A DNA stretch of 64,000 nucleotides from contig CAJXMG010000001.1 of NCBI GenBank assembly GCA_913056395.1, positions 119,550 through 183,549 of the forward strand, given 5' to 3'. Source of the stretch: an uncultured bacterium (GTDB lineage: Bacteria > Planctomycetota > UBA8108 > UBA1146). Below are positions 1-9,761 of this stretch, piece by piece. The notes beneath the pieces are model-generated. The model ran no database searches. It was given only the letters and a program-made list of their open reading frames with translations, and had not been told where the DNA came from. Position numbers and translations under genes: made by a program. The first letter of the stretch is position 1. Every line of letters starts with the position of its first letter.

Positions 1-314
1 ACCCCTACCTCGCATTCTCCGCCCTGTTGATGGCGGCGATGGACGGTATCAAGAACAAGATCGATCCGGGTCTTCCGTTCGACAAGGATCTTTACGACCT
101 GCCCGCTGAGCAGTTGGCAGAGGTTCCGAGTACTCCGGGATCGCTGGAAGATGCTCTCAACTGCCTGGAGAAGGACCACGAGTTCCTTCTCGCCGGCGAC
201 GTTTTCACTGCCGACGCCATCGCTTCCTGGATCTCCTACAAGCGGGAGCGAGAGGTGGACCAGTTGCGTCTGCGTCCACACCCCTATGAGTTCGCACTCT
301 ACTACGACATCTAG
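1..314 (+). CDS. glnA: Glutamine synthetase type I, C-terminal fragment (5' end outside window)
   Basis: Frame-3 translation reads [24 protein letters not shown]...DKDLYDLP...[29 protein letters not shown]...YEFALYYDI, which is near-colinear with the E. coli GlnA C-terminus. Stop TAG at 312-314. Confidence 0.85.
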   Translation, partial: PYLAFSALLMAAMDGIKNKIDPGLPFDKDLYDLPAEQLAEVPSTPGSLEDALNCLEKDHEFLLAGDVFTADAIASWISYKREREVDQLRLRPHPYEFALYYDI

Positions 315-1194
315 TCGTTCCGGTCAGCCGGCGGACGGGTCAGAGGACCTGTCCGCCGGATCTGTCCGCGACCTCTCCGGCAAACTGGATGCCCTGCGTG
401 TCTGGTTCAGAGAGAATGCTCCGGTCGCTGTGGCTCTCTCCGGTGGCGTTGACTCTGCGTTATTGGCTTCTCTGGCTCACGAAGAGCTGGGGGCACAGGC
501 AATAGCCGTCACCGGTGTTTCTCCCAGCCTTTCCCAACAGGAATTGGAATCCGCTCGCAGATTGGCGAGCGAGGTCGGAATCCGGCATCTGGAGTTGGAA
601 ACCCGTGAGTTGGACCGTGAATCCTACAGGGCCAATGCCGGAGATCGTTGCTATCACTGCAAGTCGGAGTTGTACGACGTCATCCTCGATCATCCCCGAT
701 TGAACGGGTATACGGCCATCGATGGGACTCAGGCCTCGGATGTAGTTTCGGACCGTCCCGGAGCAGTGGCTGCCCGTGAGCGGGGAGTTCACAGTCCACT
801 GAGAGCATTCGGCTTCGACAAGGAATCGATTCGGCTTTTGGCCAAAGAGCGCCAACTGTCGAGTCATGACCGCCCTGCACGTCCCTGTCTGGCGAGTCGG
901 GTTCCGGTAGGAACCACCGTCAATGCCGAGTTGCTCGGCAAGATCGAGGCCCTCGAGTCGGTCCTCTCGGGGGAGGGCTTTTCCGTCTACCGGGCACGTT
1001 GTGAGGAATCCCGTCTCGTCGTTGAAATCTCTCCGGAGGAGTTGGCGGAAAGTCTCGGGGGAAGCTGGCGACAGCGTCTCGATGCAATCGCCCGTCAACT
1101 CGGGTTCGCAGAGCGTTGGCTCGACCTGCGTGGATATGGTGGATCGGGATCACCCCGTCTCCAGGCTCTGGCGGGGGATGAGGATGTGGGCTGA
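286..1194 (+). CDS. PP-loop ATP pyrophosphatase, LarE-like (TIGR00268-type sulfur transferase family)
   Basis: SGGVDS PP-loop ([14 protein letters not shown]) and a conserved CYHCK motif. The ORF track starts at 151, inside glnA. The first in-frame ATG after most of glnA is at 286, overlapping glnA by 29 nt, so the start is uncertain. Confidence 0.65.
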   Translation: MSSHSTTTSSRSGQPADGSEDLSAGSVRDLSGKLDALRVWFRENAPVAVALSGGVDSALLASLAHEELGAQAIAVTGVSPSLSQQELESARRLASEVGIRHLELETRELDRESYRANAGDRCYHCKSELYDVILDHPRLNGYTAIDGTQASDVVSDRPGAVAARERGVHSPLRAFGFDKESIRLLAKERQLSSHDRPARPCLASRVPVGTTVNAELLGKIEALESVLSGEGFSVYRARCEESRLVVEISPEELAESLGGSWRQRLDAIARQLGFAERWLDLRGYGGSGSPRLQALAGDEDVG

Positions 1195-2683
1195 ACTCTT
1201 TCAGATCCTGCTCGTCCTGTTGCTGGTTTTTTCCGGTATCCACCGATTCATGCTTTGGTTGGGCAGTGGGTTTGTATGGCATTCTGATTCAGCAACGACC
1301 TCTTCAACGAGTGTTTCGTCCCCGCAAAAGCAACAGTGTTCCATGGAAATGTTTCCAAGGGTTCTGATACAGATTCCGGTGTTTAACGATGCCCATGCCC
1401 TGCAGTCCCGACTGGATTGCCTGAAGAGTCTCGACTATCCCCGTTCACTTCTTCAAATCCAGATTCTGGATGATTCCGACGACGGGTCAGCGAATGAAAA
1501 TGCCGCCCTCGTTGAAGCTTTGGTCTCTGAAGGGGTTCCGGTCACTGTGATTCGCAGAGAAGAGCGTACCGGTTTTAAAGCGGGGGCACTGGCCCATGGA
1601 ATGTCCGTATCCGATGCGGAGTTTGTCGCCATTTTCGATGCGGATTTCCAGATACCGGAGCATTTTCTTTCCCAGACCCTTCCCCATTTTGAGGATTCCA
1701 GTGTCGGATGGGTTCAATGCCGCTGGGGATTCGCCAATCGAAACAGCAACTTTCTGACCCGTGCTCAGGCGCGTCTTCTCGATGGCCATTTCCGTATCGA
1801 GCATCAGGCTCGCAGTCGTGGGGGGCGTTTCTTCAACTTCAATGGGACTGCCGGTATCTGGCGCAGGGCTGCCATCGAAGCGGCTGGCGGGTGGAATGGC
1901 AAAACGGTGGTTGAAGATACGGACCTTTCGATGAGGGCATGGGATCAGGGTTGGAAAGGGGTCTACCGCGATGACATCGTCTGCGACGGCTGGCTTCCCG
2001 AGAATTTTTCAGCCTTCAGAACCCAGCAGAGACGCTGGCTTGCAGGCGGGATGGACCTGTTCTTCAAGCGCAAGAGGGATCACTCGGGGAAGCCATTCCT
2101 GACCCGTTTTGATTTCAGCGCACGAGGACTTGCACCACTGGTCAGTGTGGTCGTGGTTCTGCTGGCGATATGGGCTTCCCTGAGAAGAATCTTTCCCGAT
2201 CAACTCGGACCTGAGCCCTGGGTATTCCGATCACTGGGGACCCCCGTGTTTGAGTGGCTCTTTTTCAGCTTTGCCTTTGTTGGAGTGTTGGTCTACTACG
2301 CCTCTACCGGTGGTGGGCGATACAGTCGGTGGCTGGAATCGTTTCTCGTGCTTCTATTGGGAACCGGCTTTGCTTTTTATGCCAGCCTTTGCTGCTTTGA
2401 TGGGATTCTCGGCAGGGTCTCGGAATTTGAACGAACTCCGAAAACAAATCGAGCCACCGGAGGAAGAAGTGCCACACTTTGGGAATGGGCCGTGTTTATC
2501 CTGACAGCATGGCTGATCGTGGAGGTGGCATGGATCGGTGCCTGGTCGGTTCTGCCGCTGATCTCGATGAGTTTTGTTGGGCTGCTCTGGAGTCTTCTTG
2601 GGACCCGATCCCGGGGGACTGCAGAGTCCGCAGGAACCACTCTCTCTTCCCCTTGCCGCAACGTCAGTGATTCCGTAGTTTGA
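1178..2683 (+). CDS. Membrane glycosyltransferase family 2 (processive, cellulose-synthase/NodC-like)
   Basis: N-terminal TM helix, a GT-A fold with DDSDDGS and DAD motifs, a QxxRW motif (RTQQRRWLAGG), and multiple C-terminal TM helices. The ATG at 1178/1184 overlaps the upstream stop at 1192-1194; the ORF-track start at 923 lies inside the upstream gene. Confidence 0.7.
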   Translation: MRMWAELFQILLVLLLVFSGIHRFMLWLGSGFVWHSDSATTSSTSVSSPQKQQCSMEMFPRVLIQIPVFNDAHALQSRLDCLKSLDYPRSLLQIQILDDSDDGSANENAALVEALVSEGVPVTVIRREERTGFKAGALAHGMSVSDAEFVAIFDADFQIPEHFLSQTLPHFEDSSVGWVQCRWGFANRNSNFLTRAQARLLDGHFRIEHQARSRGGRFFNFNGTAGIWRRAAIEAAGGWNGKTVVEDTDLSMRAWDQGWKGVYRDDIVCDGWLPENFSAFRTQQRRWLAGGMDLFFKRKRDHSGKPFLTRFDFSARGLAPLVSVVVVLLAIWASLRRIFPDQLGPEPWVFRSLGTPVFEWLFFSFAFVGVLVYYASTGGGRYSRWLESFLVLLLGTGFAFYASLCCFDGILGRVSEFERTPKTNRATGGRSATLWEWAVFILTAWLIVEVAWIGAWSVLPLISMSFVGLLWSLLGTRSRGTAESAGTTLSSPCRNVSDSVV

Positions 2684-2723
2684 TTTCCACAGGATCGAAC
2701 TCAGGCATGATCGGAGGCGGAGC

Positions 2724-3419
2724 TTGTTGCGAATTGTGACCCTCGACGGGCCGGCAGGTTGCGGCAAGAGTACCGTCTCAAGATTGGTGGCCCGAAAACT
2801 GGGCGGGCGAATGTTCTCCAGTGGGCGTATCTATCGAACTCTGACCTGGATCGGACTCGAGACCGGGGTCGATTTTTCAGATCCTGCCGCAGTTGCTGCC
2901 CTTGCCATCCATCATGACTTGTCTATCACTGCTCCGGGGGATGACTTCAAGGTGCTCGTCGATGGAGTGGATCCCGGTGACGTTCTCGATTCGACACGGG
3001 TGACCGGCAATATTCATTTCATTTCCGGCAATTCAGAGTTGCGTCAAAGCGTTCTGCCGATCCAGAGAATGTTGCCGGAAGACCTTCCCGTTGTTGCTGA
3101 GGGGCGCGATATGGGGACGGTGGTATTCCCCGATGCTCCGGTGAAGATTTTTCTGACCGCAAGTTCCCATCAACGGGCAGTGCGCAGGCAGGCCGAACTG
3201 CGGCAGAGGCTGGAAGAGGATCTCCCTTTTGAAGAGGTGCTTGAGCAGGTCGAGTTGCGTGATGCCCGCGACAGGCAGAGGGATGTTTCTCCCATGCGAC
3301 CTGCAGACGATGCGGCTGAGATCGATTCCACTGAGTTGGGAATTGATGAGGTGGTCGACACAATCATGGAAAGGATCCCGGAAGATTGGATCCCGGCAAC
3401 CGACTCTTCTATCGAGTGA
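2724..3419 (+). CDS. cmk: Cytidylate kinase
   Basis: TLDGPAGCGKSTV P-loop with a downstream IYR motif. Length ~230 aa, TTG start, GGAGG 5 nt upstream. Sits in the conserved cmk-rpsA neighbourhood. Confidence 0.75.
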   Translation: MLRIVTLDGPAGCGKSTVSRLVARKLGGRMFSSGRIYRTLTWIGLETGVDFSDPAAVAALAIHHDLSITAPGDDFKVLVDGVDPGDVLDSTRVTGNIHFISGNSELRQSVLPIQRMLPEDLPVVAEGRDMGTVVFPDAPVKIFLTASSHQRAVRRQAELRQRLEEDLPFEEVLEQVELRDARDRQRDVSPMRPADDAAEIDSTELGIDEVVDTIMERIPEDWIPATDSSIE

Positions 3420-4012
3420 TCCGTTTCATCGCCTGGGTGATCTGCAAGATCCTGTTTCGTCATCGGGCGGAAGGGCATGAAAATCTGCCTACCACGGGAC
3501 CGTTTCTTCTTGCGGTGAATCACACCAGCAATCTGGACCCGGTCCTCGCCGGCATCGCCATGAAGCGACCGTTGGCTTTCATGGCACGGAGCACCCTCTT
3601 CAGCCCTGCGCCACTCGGCTGGTTTCTGCGCAATCTCAACGCCTTGCCCCTGGAACGGGAAGGGGTAGGAATCGCAGGTTTTCGTTCCGTCATGGCCCAT
3701 TTGGAAGCGGGAGGGGCTGCTCTCGTCTTTCCGGAGGGCACCCGCAGCACGGATGGCCGGTTGCGCCGTTTCAAGGGCGGGGTGGTTCGATTGGCCAAAA
3801 TGGCCCAGGTTCCTGTGGTTCCCGCCTATATTTCCGGCAGTCACAAGGCCATGGGGCGTGGAAAATGGCTCCCAAGACCCTTTGGAACCCGGATCTCCTT
3901 CGGAGAATGCATCGACAAGGAGGCTTTCTCCGAGGAAGATAACGGGTTGGAAGTCCTGCGCAGGGCCATGGTGGAACTGATCCCCGAAGGGGAGCCCGGT
4001 TCCGTCGATTGA
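3386..4012 (+). CDS. plsC: 1-acyl-sn-glycerol-3-phosphate acyltransferase
   Basis: HX4D acyltransferase motif (NHTSNLDP) and FPEGTRS motif. Overlaps the cmk 3' end by 34 nt. Confidence 0.75.
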   Translation: MDPGNRLFYRVIRFIAWVICKILFRHRAEGHENLPTTGPFLLAVNHTSNLDPVLAGIAMKRPLAFMARSTLFSPAPLGWFLRNLNALPLEREGVGIAGFRSVMAHLEAGGAALVFPEGTRSTDGRLRRFKGGVVRLAKMAQVPVVPAYISGSHKAMGRGKWLPRPFGTRISFGECIDKEAFSEEDNGLEVLRRAMVELIPEGEPGSVD

Positions 4013-4172
4013 ACTCTGCCACAGTTCTTCCATTCCCGGAGGGACTGCGGAGTCTGCGATGGTCGTCGACAGCAGTCGTTCCCCAAAACCAGGAGTGCCT
4101 GTGCGAGTGGAGGGGTCCGATGGTCGGATCCGCTCGACGGCAATCCGTGACCCACTGAAGGGGCCTTTTTCC

Positions 4173-6044
4173 ATGGCCAAACCAGAACTGCTCAAGCAGT
4201 TTGACCTCAAGGGCGATTCCCTCGAGGACAAAGTCAACGATTTCCTGCAAGGTGACTCCATCGACAAGGTCGATGAAATTCTCAGGGACTCGGTGATCGA
4301 TTTTGAAGAAGAAAAGATTATCCAGGGCAAGGTGGTCAGCATTTCCGATGACTGGGTCATCGTCGATGTGGGCTACAAGGCCGAGGGTGAAGTTCCCAGA
4401 AGCCACTTTGAGGGTGCTGAAATCACCGTCGGAGATTCCGTTGATGTGCTCATCGAGGAAGTCGATGAAGAAGACGGTCGTATCATGCTGTCCAAGCGCA
4501 AAGCGGATCGCATCAAGGGCTGGGAAAAGGTGGTCGACACCCACAACGAGGGGGATGTGGTCACCGGAAAAGTCCTGCGCAAGATCAAGGGTGGCCTGTT
4601 GATCGACATCGGTGTTCCGGTGTTCCTTCCCGCTTCCCAAATCGCCATTCGCAGGGTGGGCGACGTTTCCGAGTTCGTCGGCAAGGATCTGGAGTGCAAG
4701 ATCATCAAGATCGACGAGCCGCGAATGAACATCGTCGTCAGCCGTCGCAAGCTTCTGGAGGAGCGTCGCGACGAATTGAAGTCGAACCTGATGACCGAAA
4801 TCGAACTGGATCAGGTGCGCAAGGGTATCGTCAAGAACATTACCGATTTCGGCGCATTCGTCGATCTGGGTGGCATCGACGGCCTTCTGCACATTACCGA
4901 CATGTCCTGGGGCCGTATCAATCACCCCAACGAGATCCTGACGGTCGAGCAGGAGATCGATGTAAAGGTTCTCAAGATCGACAAGGATCGCGAGAGAATC
5001 TCTCTGGGCCTCAAGCAGACCCAGCCGAGTCCCTGGGACGACATCGAGGAGCGTTTCCCGATCGGTGCCAAGATCAGCGGCAAGGTTGTCAACGTTCTTT
5101 CCTATGGAGCCTTCATCGAACTGGAAGAGGGTATCGAGGGACTGGTTCACGTCTCCGAGATGTCCTGGACCCGTCGGATCTCCAACCCCGGAGAAGTGGT
5201 TTCCGAGGGACAGGAAGTCGATGTGGTGGTCCTCGAGATCAAGAAGGACAAACAGGAGATCAGCCTTGGCATGAAGCAGGTCGAGGTGAACCCCTGGGAG
5301 ATCGTTGCCCAGAAGTACCCCGTGGGGCACTACATCAGCGGCAAGGTTCGCAATCTCACCAACTACGGTGCCTTCGTCGAACTCGAGGATGGCATCGACG
5401 GTCTTCTGCATGTCAGCGACATGTCCTGGACCCGCAAGATCATCCACCCCTCCGAGAAACTGGAGAAGGGTCAAGAGGTCCATGCAGTGGTTCTCGAGAT
5501 CGATCAGGAGCGCAAGCGGATCGCCCTTGGCCTCAAGCAGATGGAAGAGGATCCCTGGGTTCGCGAGATTCCGGACACCTACGCCATCGGTACCGTGGTT
5601 CGGGGCACGGTGACGAAGACCACCAACTTCGGTGCCTTCGTTCAGATGGAAGAGGACCTCGAAGGTCTTCTTCACGTCTCTGAGCTTTCAGGTGACAAGG
5701 TGGAGAGCCCTGAAGAAGTGGTCTCCATCGGTCAGGTTGTGGACGTGAAAGTGATTCGCGTCGACGATGAAAATCGCAAGATCGGTTTGAGTCTCAAGGA
5801 GGTGACTGAGGAGGAGAGCGCACAGCTTGCTGCGCTTTACGCTCAGGCCGCTGAAGGTGAATCCCCGACCGCTGTGGGATCGGTGCCGGAGAATATTCCG
5901 GACGAAGTCCCCGACATCGAGGACGAGCCAGAGGCCCCCGTTGCAGAAATGGAGTCTGCTGATTCAGAAGCGGCTGAAGAGCCTGCTGCTGAAGAAGCGG
6001 AAGAGAGTGCTGGCGATGCGGAAGATTCCGAGAACAAGGAGTAA
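4173..6044 (+). CDS. rpsA: 30S ribosomal protein S1
   Basis: Six S1 domains (repeated GxV..xx.FGAFV...GLLH(V/I)S(E/D)(M/L)SW), with cmk upstream. Start chosen at MAKPELL (ATG 4173); the ORF track extends to 4059. Carries a long acidic C-terminal tail. Confidence 0.85.
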   Translation: MAKPELLKQFDLKGDSLEDKVNDFLQGDSIDKVDEILRDSVIDFEEEKIIQGKVVSISDDWVIVDVGYKAEGEVPRSHFEGAEITVGDSVDVLIEEVDEEDGRIMLSKRKADRIKGWEKVVDTHNEGDVVTGKVLRKIKGGLLIDIGVPVFLPASQIAIRRVGDVSEFVGKDLECKIIKIDEPRMNIVVSRRKLLEERRDELKSNLMTEIELDQVRKGIVKNITDFGAFVDLGGIDGLLHITDMSWGRINHPNEILTVEQEIDVKVLKIDKDRERISLGLKQTQPSPWDDIEERFPIGAKISGKVVNVLSYGAFIELEEGIEGLVHVSEMSWTRRISNPGEVVSEGQEVDVVVLEIKKDKQEISLGMKQVEVNPWEIVAQKYPVGHYISGKVRNLTNYGAFVELEDGIDGLLHVSDMSWTRKIIHPSEKLEKGQEVHAVVLEIDQERKRIALGLKQMEEDPWVREIPDTYAIGTVVRGTVTKTTNFGAFVQMEEDLEGLLHVSELSGDKVESPEEVVSIGQVVDVKVIRVDDENRKIGLSLKEVTEEESAQLAALYAQAAEGESPTAVGSVPENIPDEVPDIEDEPEAPVAEMESADSEAAEEPAAEEAEESAGDAEDSENKE

Positions 6045-7251
6045 TCCTGTTCCTCAGGACAGGGTCGATGACCATTTCGGGGAGAGTCGGGATTTCCCGG
6101 CTCTCCTCGTCATCGTTTCTGCATCCCTTCTGGCACTCTCGTTTTTGATGCCGGTGAATGGATCAGCAATGTCTGTTGCACCGACACTCCATGGGGGAGT
6201 CACCCTCGAACAGACTCATACTGAAGCCAACGACGACCGTATCATTCTGCGCTTTCTCAATGGTCGATTTCGGGATGCTCTCAAAGCTTACCGGGCAGGG
6301 GAATTTGAAAAAGCGTGGAAGATTTCTGAGGCGATTCTGGTCCTCGCTCCCGCCAAATTTGATTTGTACGACCAGGTAAACACTTTGCGACGCCGGGCAC
6401 ATGGTCGCCATCTGAGTCAGAGTACAGTCGCGGTTCGCTTTTCGATCGAGGAGGACCCCCTCGGGGAAGATGAATCTCCCTCCCTCGATGGCGAAGGGAC
6501 TGATCCGCCCCTCTATCCGAAGGCCTATCTCACCGGAATGGTCATCCTCGAGAACCTTTCGGATGAAGTGATCCGCTTCGGGAATGAAGCGGTGGAGGAG
6601 GATATCCTCGGTCAGGTGGTCTGGAGCGTGAAGGACGTCTATCTCGATGGTACCGAACGGATCACTTCAGATACTCGGGTGATCAGGATCGATGGCGGTT
6701 TCAGGGTTGAGCCTGGTGAGAGTCGGGGGATTCCGGTCCAGTTACCGATCCCGGTAGCAAGATCGCGGCCGGTTCTGCAAGAGTGGGTAGTGACGGGCAG
6801 CACTCGTCCCTTGCGCATATCCACACCGGAAGGGGAGATTACCCGGGGATTGCCGTGGATCGAAGAGAAGGGGCGATTTGTCGCACCGGAGCTGGGTGTG
6901 AGTTCTCTTTCACCCACAGAGGCCCTGAAAAAGGCGGCCATCGGAGGCAATGTCGCGGAGATGGTTTTGGCCCGTCATCGCTGGTTCGAGCGCAGGCGGG
7001 AAACAAAAGCAGGTCCGGATTTGACCGATCCGATCATCGAGGAGATGATCTCGCTTCTCGGTGACCATGACGGCAAACTTGACCGCCTGGTTGTGGGAAT
7101 ACTGGAAGAGGTCACCGGGCTTGTCATGGAACGATCTGCTCGGGCATGGAAGATATGGGGACTGTCACGGGAGGTTCGACGGGACGTTCGACCGAACGTT
7201 AGACCGAACGTTAGACCGAACGTTAGACCGAACAGTGGCGAGGGGAGATAG
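6016..7251 (+). CDS. Hypothetical protein with a possible signal peptide; C-terminus is a (V)RPNV x4 tandem repeat
   Basis: 411-aa ORF (ATG start at 6016). Hydrophobic stretch ALLVIVSASLLALSFL near the N-terminus. No recognisable domain. The ORF-track start at 5827 overlaps rpsA; the first in-frame ATG at 6016 still overlaps rpsA by 29 nt, so the start is uncertain. Confidence 0.4.
   Translation: MRKIPRTRSNPVPQDRVDDHFGESRDFPALLVIVSASLLALSFLMPVNGSAMSVAPTLHGGVTLEQTHTEANDDRIILRFLNGRFRDALKAYRAGEFEKAWKISEAILVLAPAKFDLYDQVNTLRRRAHGRHLSQSTVAVRFSIEEDPLGEDESPSLDGEGTDPPLYPKAYLTGMVILENLSDEVIRFGNEAVEEDILGQVVWSVKDVYLDGTERITSDTRVIRIDGGFRVEPGESRGIPVQLPIPVARSRPVLQEWVVTGSTRPLRISTPEGEITRGLPWIEEKGRFVAPELGVSSLSPTEALKKAAIGGNVAEMVLARHRWFERRRETKAGPDLTDPIIEEMISLLGDHDGKLDRLVVGILEEVTGLVMERSARAWKIWGLSREVRRDVRPNVRPNVRPNVRPNSGEGR
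7177..7236 (+). repeat. Tandem 12-nt repeat (agaccgaacgtt) x ~4-5, coding for RPNV repeats
   Basis: Direct reading: cgacgggacgtt cgaccgaacgtt agaccgaacgtt agaccgaacgtt agaccgaacagt. It lies at the 3' end of the 6016-7251 ORF, just upstream of the tyrS RBS (aggggag at 7241-7247). Confidence 0.9.
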
Positions 7252-7252
7252 C

Positions 7253-8461
7253 ATGGGATTCGTACCTGATGAGTCCTTTCAGGAGGTGACCCGAGGTGCG
7301 GTCACCATCGATACTGAGGAAGAACTGCAAAAGAAATGGCAGGCTTCCCAAGAGAGCCAGCAGCCCTTGCGAATCAAGTTGGGTGTCGATCCAACCAACC
7401 CGCAATTGCACGTGGGTCACGCTGTACCCCTGAGAAAAATGCGCCAATTTCAGGACGCGGGTCATCAAGCGGTCCTGATCATCGGTGATTACACCGCCTG
7501 TGTGGGAGATCCGTCAGGGAGGGATAAAACCCGACCGACATTGACCCATGACCAGGTTCGTGAAAATGCAGAAACTTATCTCCAGCAAGCATGGAAGATC
7601 CTCGACAAGGATCGGACAGAACTCTGTTGGAACGGCGACTGGTTTCGGGAGATGTCGTTTCTGGACGTGATCGCTCTCTGCGGCCGCACCACCGTAGCCA
7701 GACAGTTGGAGCGTGACGACTTTCAAAAGCGCTTCAGTGGGGGATTGCCCATCAACCTCCACGAATTTATCTACCCTTTGATGCAAGCATGGGACTCGGT
7801 GAAGGTCAGGGCGGATGTGGAGCTCGGGGGAACCGATCAAACCTTCAATCTGCTTCTTGGCAGGGATTTGATGCGCCAGGAGGGTCTGGAAGCCCAGGTC
7901 TGCATGACATTGCCCCTGCTGGTCGGAACAGATGGCAGCCGAAAGATGTCCAAAACCTATGGCAACTCCATCGGCATTACCGATTCCCCTGAAGAGATTT
8001 TCGGCAAGACGATGTCTATTCCGGACGAAGCCATGCGCGATTACTTCACCCTCGCTACGGATCTGAGTCTTTCCGAGATCGAGGAAAAGTTGGCTCTCAA
8101 TCCCAGAGAGTGCAAAGGCTTCCTGGCCCGTACTCTGGTTCGTCTCTACCACGACGAAGCCGCAGCAGAAGCAGCGGAGCAGCACTTCGTTCAGGTCTTC
8201 TCCAAGGGGGGAGTCCCCGATGACATCGAAGAGTTCGCAGTTCAGGGAGATTTGCTTGAAGAGGGCAAGGTCTGGATCGTCAAGCTGGTGGTCGAGGCCG
8301 GTTTGTCAGCCAGTAACAACGAAGCACGACGCAACGTACAGGCTGGAGGGGTTCGTCTTGACGATCTCCGGGTCGATGATGCGGATGCGCGGGTCGAGTT
8401 GTCAGACGGCATGGTTCTCAGGGTCGGGAAGCGTAAGTTTCGTAAACTGAAACTGGTTTGA
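7253..8461 (+). CDS. tyrS: Tyrosyl-tRNA synthetase
   Basis: HIGH-type motif (PQLHVGHAVPL), KMSKS-type motif (KMSKTYGNSI) and a C-terminal S4 domain. ATG 7253 follows the aggggag SD. The ORF-track start at 7061 is an upstream in-frame extension across the repeat. Confidence 0.85.
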   Translation: MGFVPDESFQEVTRGAVTIDTEEELQKKWQASQESQQPLRIKLGVDPTNPQLHVGHAVPLRKMRQFQDAGHQAVLIIGDYTACVGDPSGRDKTRPTLTHDQVRENAETYLQQAWKILDKDRTELCWNGDWFREMSFLDVIALCGRTTVARQLERDDFQKRFSGGLPINLHEFIYPLMQAWDSVKVRADVELGGTDQTFNLLLGRDLMRQEGLEAQVCMTLPLLVGTDGSRKMSKTYGNSIGITDSPEEIFGKTMSIPDEAMRDYFTLATDLSLSEIEEKLALNPRECKGFLARTLVRLYHDEAAAEAAEQHFVQVFSKGGVPDDIEEFAVQGDLLEEGKVWIVKLVVEAGLSASNNEARRNVQAGGVRLDDLRVDDADARVELSDGMVLRVGKRKFRKLKLV

Positions 8462-8473
8462 TCCGACTCGTCC

Positions 8474-9097
8474 TCAGTCGCGGATCTGATTCCTCACCAG
8501 TGCGTTCACCGCTTTGGGTAATGCGACCATTTCCGCCTCAAAGACCCGTTTGCTCAAACTTGCTACGTCGTCTCCTGAAAGAACAGGAACCTTTTCCTGC
8601 AGAATGATCGGGCCCTGGTCATACTCATTGTCCACGAAGTGAACTGTGCAGCCGGATTCCTGGTCCCCTGCTTCGAGGACCCTTTGGTGAACCCTGTCAC
8701 CATAACAGCCCTTGCCGCCATGACGTGGCAGCAATGAGGGGTGAATATTGATGACCCTGTTTTCCCATGCAGTGGGAATCAGCAACTTGCGCAACCAACC
8801 ACCGAGTATGGCGAACTGGCAACCGGCGTCTTCGAGAGCGGAGAAGATGGCTTCTGAATCCTCGACCCTTTTACAGGGGTGAACCTGGTGGGGGATTCCT
8901 GCTCGGGAAGCCTTTTCGATGCCACCGAGCCCTGCTTTGCTGGCGATCACCAGATCGATTCTGGCGGGAATATCGTCGCGCTGGATCGCCTCGACCAGAT
9001 TTTCGAGGGTTCTGCCTCCTCCGGAAAGAAGAAACCCGACGGAGACCGGGTTGGTCGCCGTCGGGTTCTCACTGTGCAGGTTCTGCATCGACATCAA
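8474..9097 (-). CDS. purN: Phosphoribosylglycinamide formyltransferase
   Basis: VGFLLSGGGRTLENL, INIHPSLLP and HFVDNEYDQGPII motifs typical of PurN. Confidence 0.8.
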   Translation of the reverse strand: MMSMQNLHSENPTATNPVSVGFLLSGGGRTLENLVEAIQRDDIPARIDLVIASKAGLGGIEKASRAGIPHQVHPCKRVEDSEAIFSALEDAGCQFAILGGWLRKLLIPTAWENRVINIHPSLLPRHGGKGCYGDRVHQRVLEAGDQESGCTVHFVDNEYDQGPIILQEKVPVLSGDDVASLSKRVFEAEMVALPKAVNALVRNQIRD

Positions 9098-9099
9098 TT

Positions 9100-9720
9100 C
9101 TAGAGGTCGTTCAGGCTGGTCAGGATTTCACCGATCAAGCCATACTCCTTGGCTTCCTCAGGAGACATCCAGTAGTCCCTGTTGGTGTGCTTCTCAACCT
9201 CTTCAACACTCTTGCCGGTCTCGCTGGCGATCAGTTCATTGCAACGACGACGAAGTTTGAGAATCTCGTCCGCAGTGATCTCGATTTCGGATGCTTTTCC
9301 GCGAACCCCACTGGATGGCTGGTGGATCATGATCCGCGAGTTGGGTAGCGAGAATCTGCGCTCCTTGGGAGTGGCGAGAAGAATCACGGTTCCCGCAGAA
9401 GCATTGAGTCCATTGGTGATGCACAGGACAGGACTGCGGATGAACTTGATGGCGTCGTAAATTGCGAAACCGTCATCTGCAGATCCGCCGGGCGTATTGA
9501 TGAACAAACGGATCGGATCGTCATTTTGGGAATCGAGCCACAAAAGTGCGGGGACCAGTTTGCGGGTCAGCTTTGGAGAAACCTCTTCGGAGATGAAGAG
9601 CGTTCTCTGCTTTTCCATCAAATCCTTGAGGTAATTGCCGGCACCGGCTTCTTTTTTGTTTTCGTCCTTGTCCCCACTGTCATTGAACGTGGGAGAAAGG
9701 TATTCGTCGGGATGGTTCAT
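9100..9720 (-). CDS. clpP: ATP-dependent Clp protease proteolytic subunit
   Basis: ClpP fold motifs (INTPGG, active-site Ser context NASAGT, His context MIHQP). ~40-aa N-terminal extension. Start placed at MNHPDEY; the alternative at 9765 overlaps the upstream gene. Confidence 0.75.
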   Translation of the reverse strand: MNHPDEYLSPTFNDSGDKDENKKEAGAGNYLKDLMEKQRTLFISEEVSPKLTRKLVPALLWLDSQNDDPIRLFINTPGGSADDGFAIYDAIKFIRSPVLCITNGLNASAGTVILLATPKERRFSLPNSRIMIHQPSSGVRGKASEIEITADEILKLRRRCNELIASETGKSVEEVEKHTNRDYWMSPEEAKEYGLIGEILTSLNDL

Positions 9721-9761
9721 CCTATGGACCCCTTTCCGGGTACTCAGTCTCTCGAACCCCT

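Noticed and set aside
151-285. ORF-track start at 151 for the LarE-like gene
   Set aside because: It would overlap about 160 nt of glnA in another frame. The ATG at 286 is the more plausible start, though still uncertain.
3771-5675. 634-aa minus-strand ORF
   Set aside because: It runs antisense to the well-supported rpsA gene with its six S1 domains. The sequence is low-complexity and shows a high-GC reverse-frame artefact.
4694-5683. 329-aa R/G-rich plus-strand ORF
   Set aside because: It is an alternate frame inside rpsA. Its arginine-rich composition is typical of an off-frame reading of GC-rich coding DNA.
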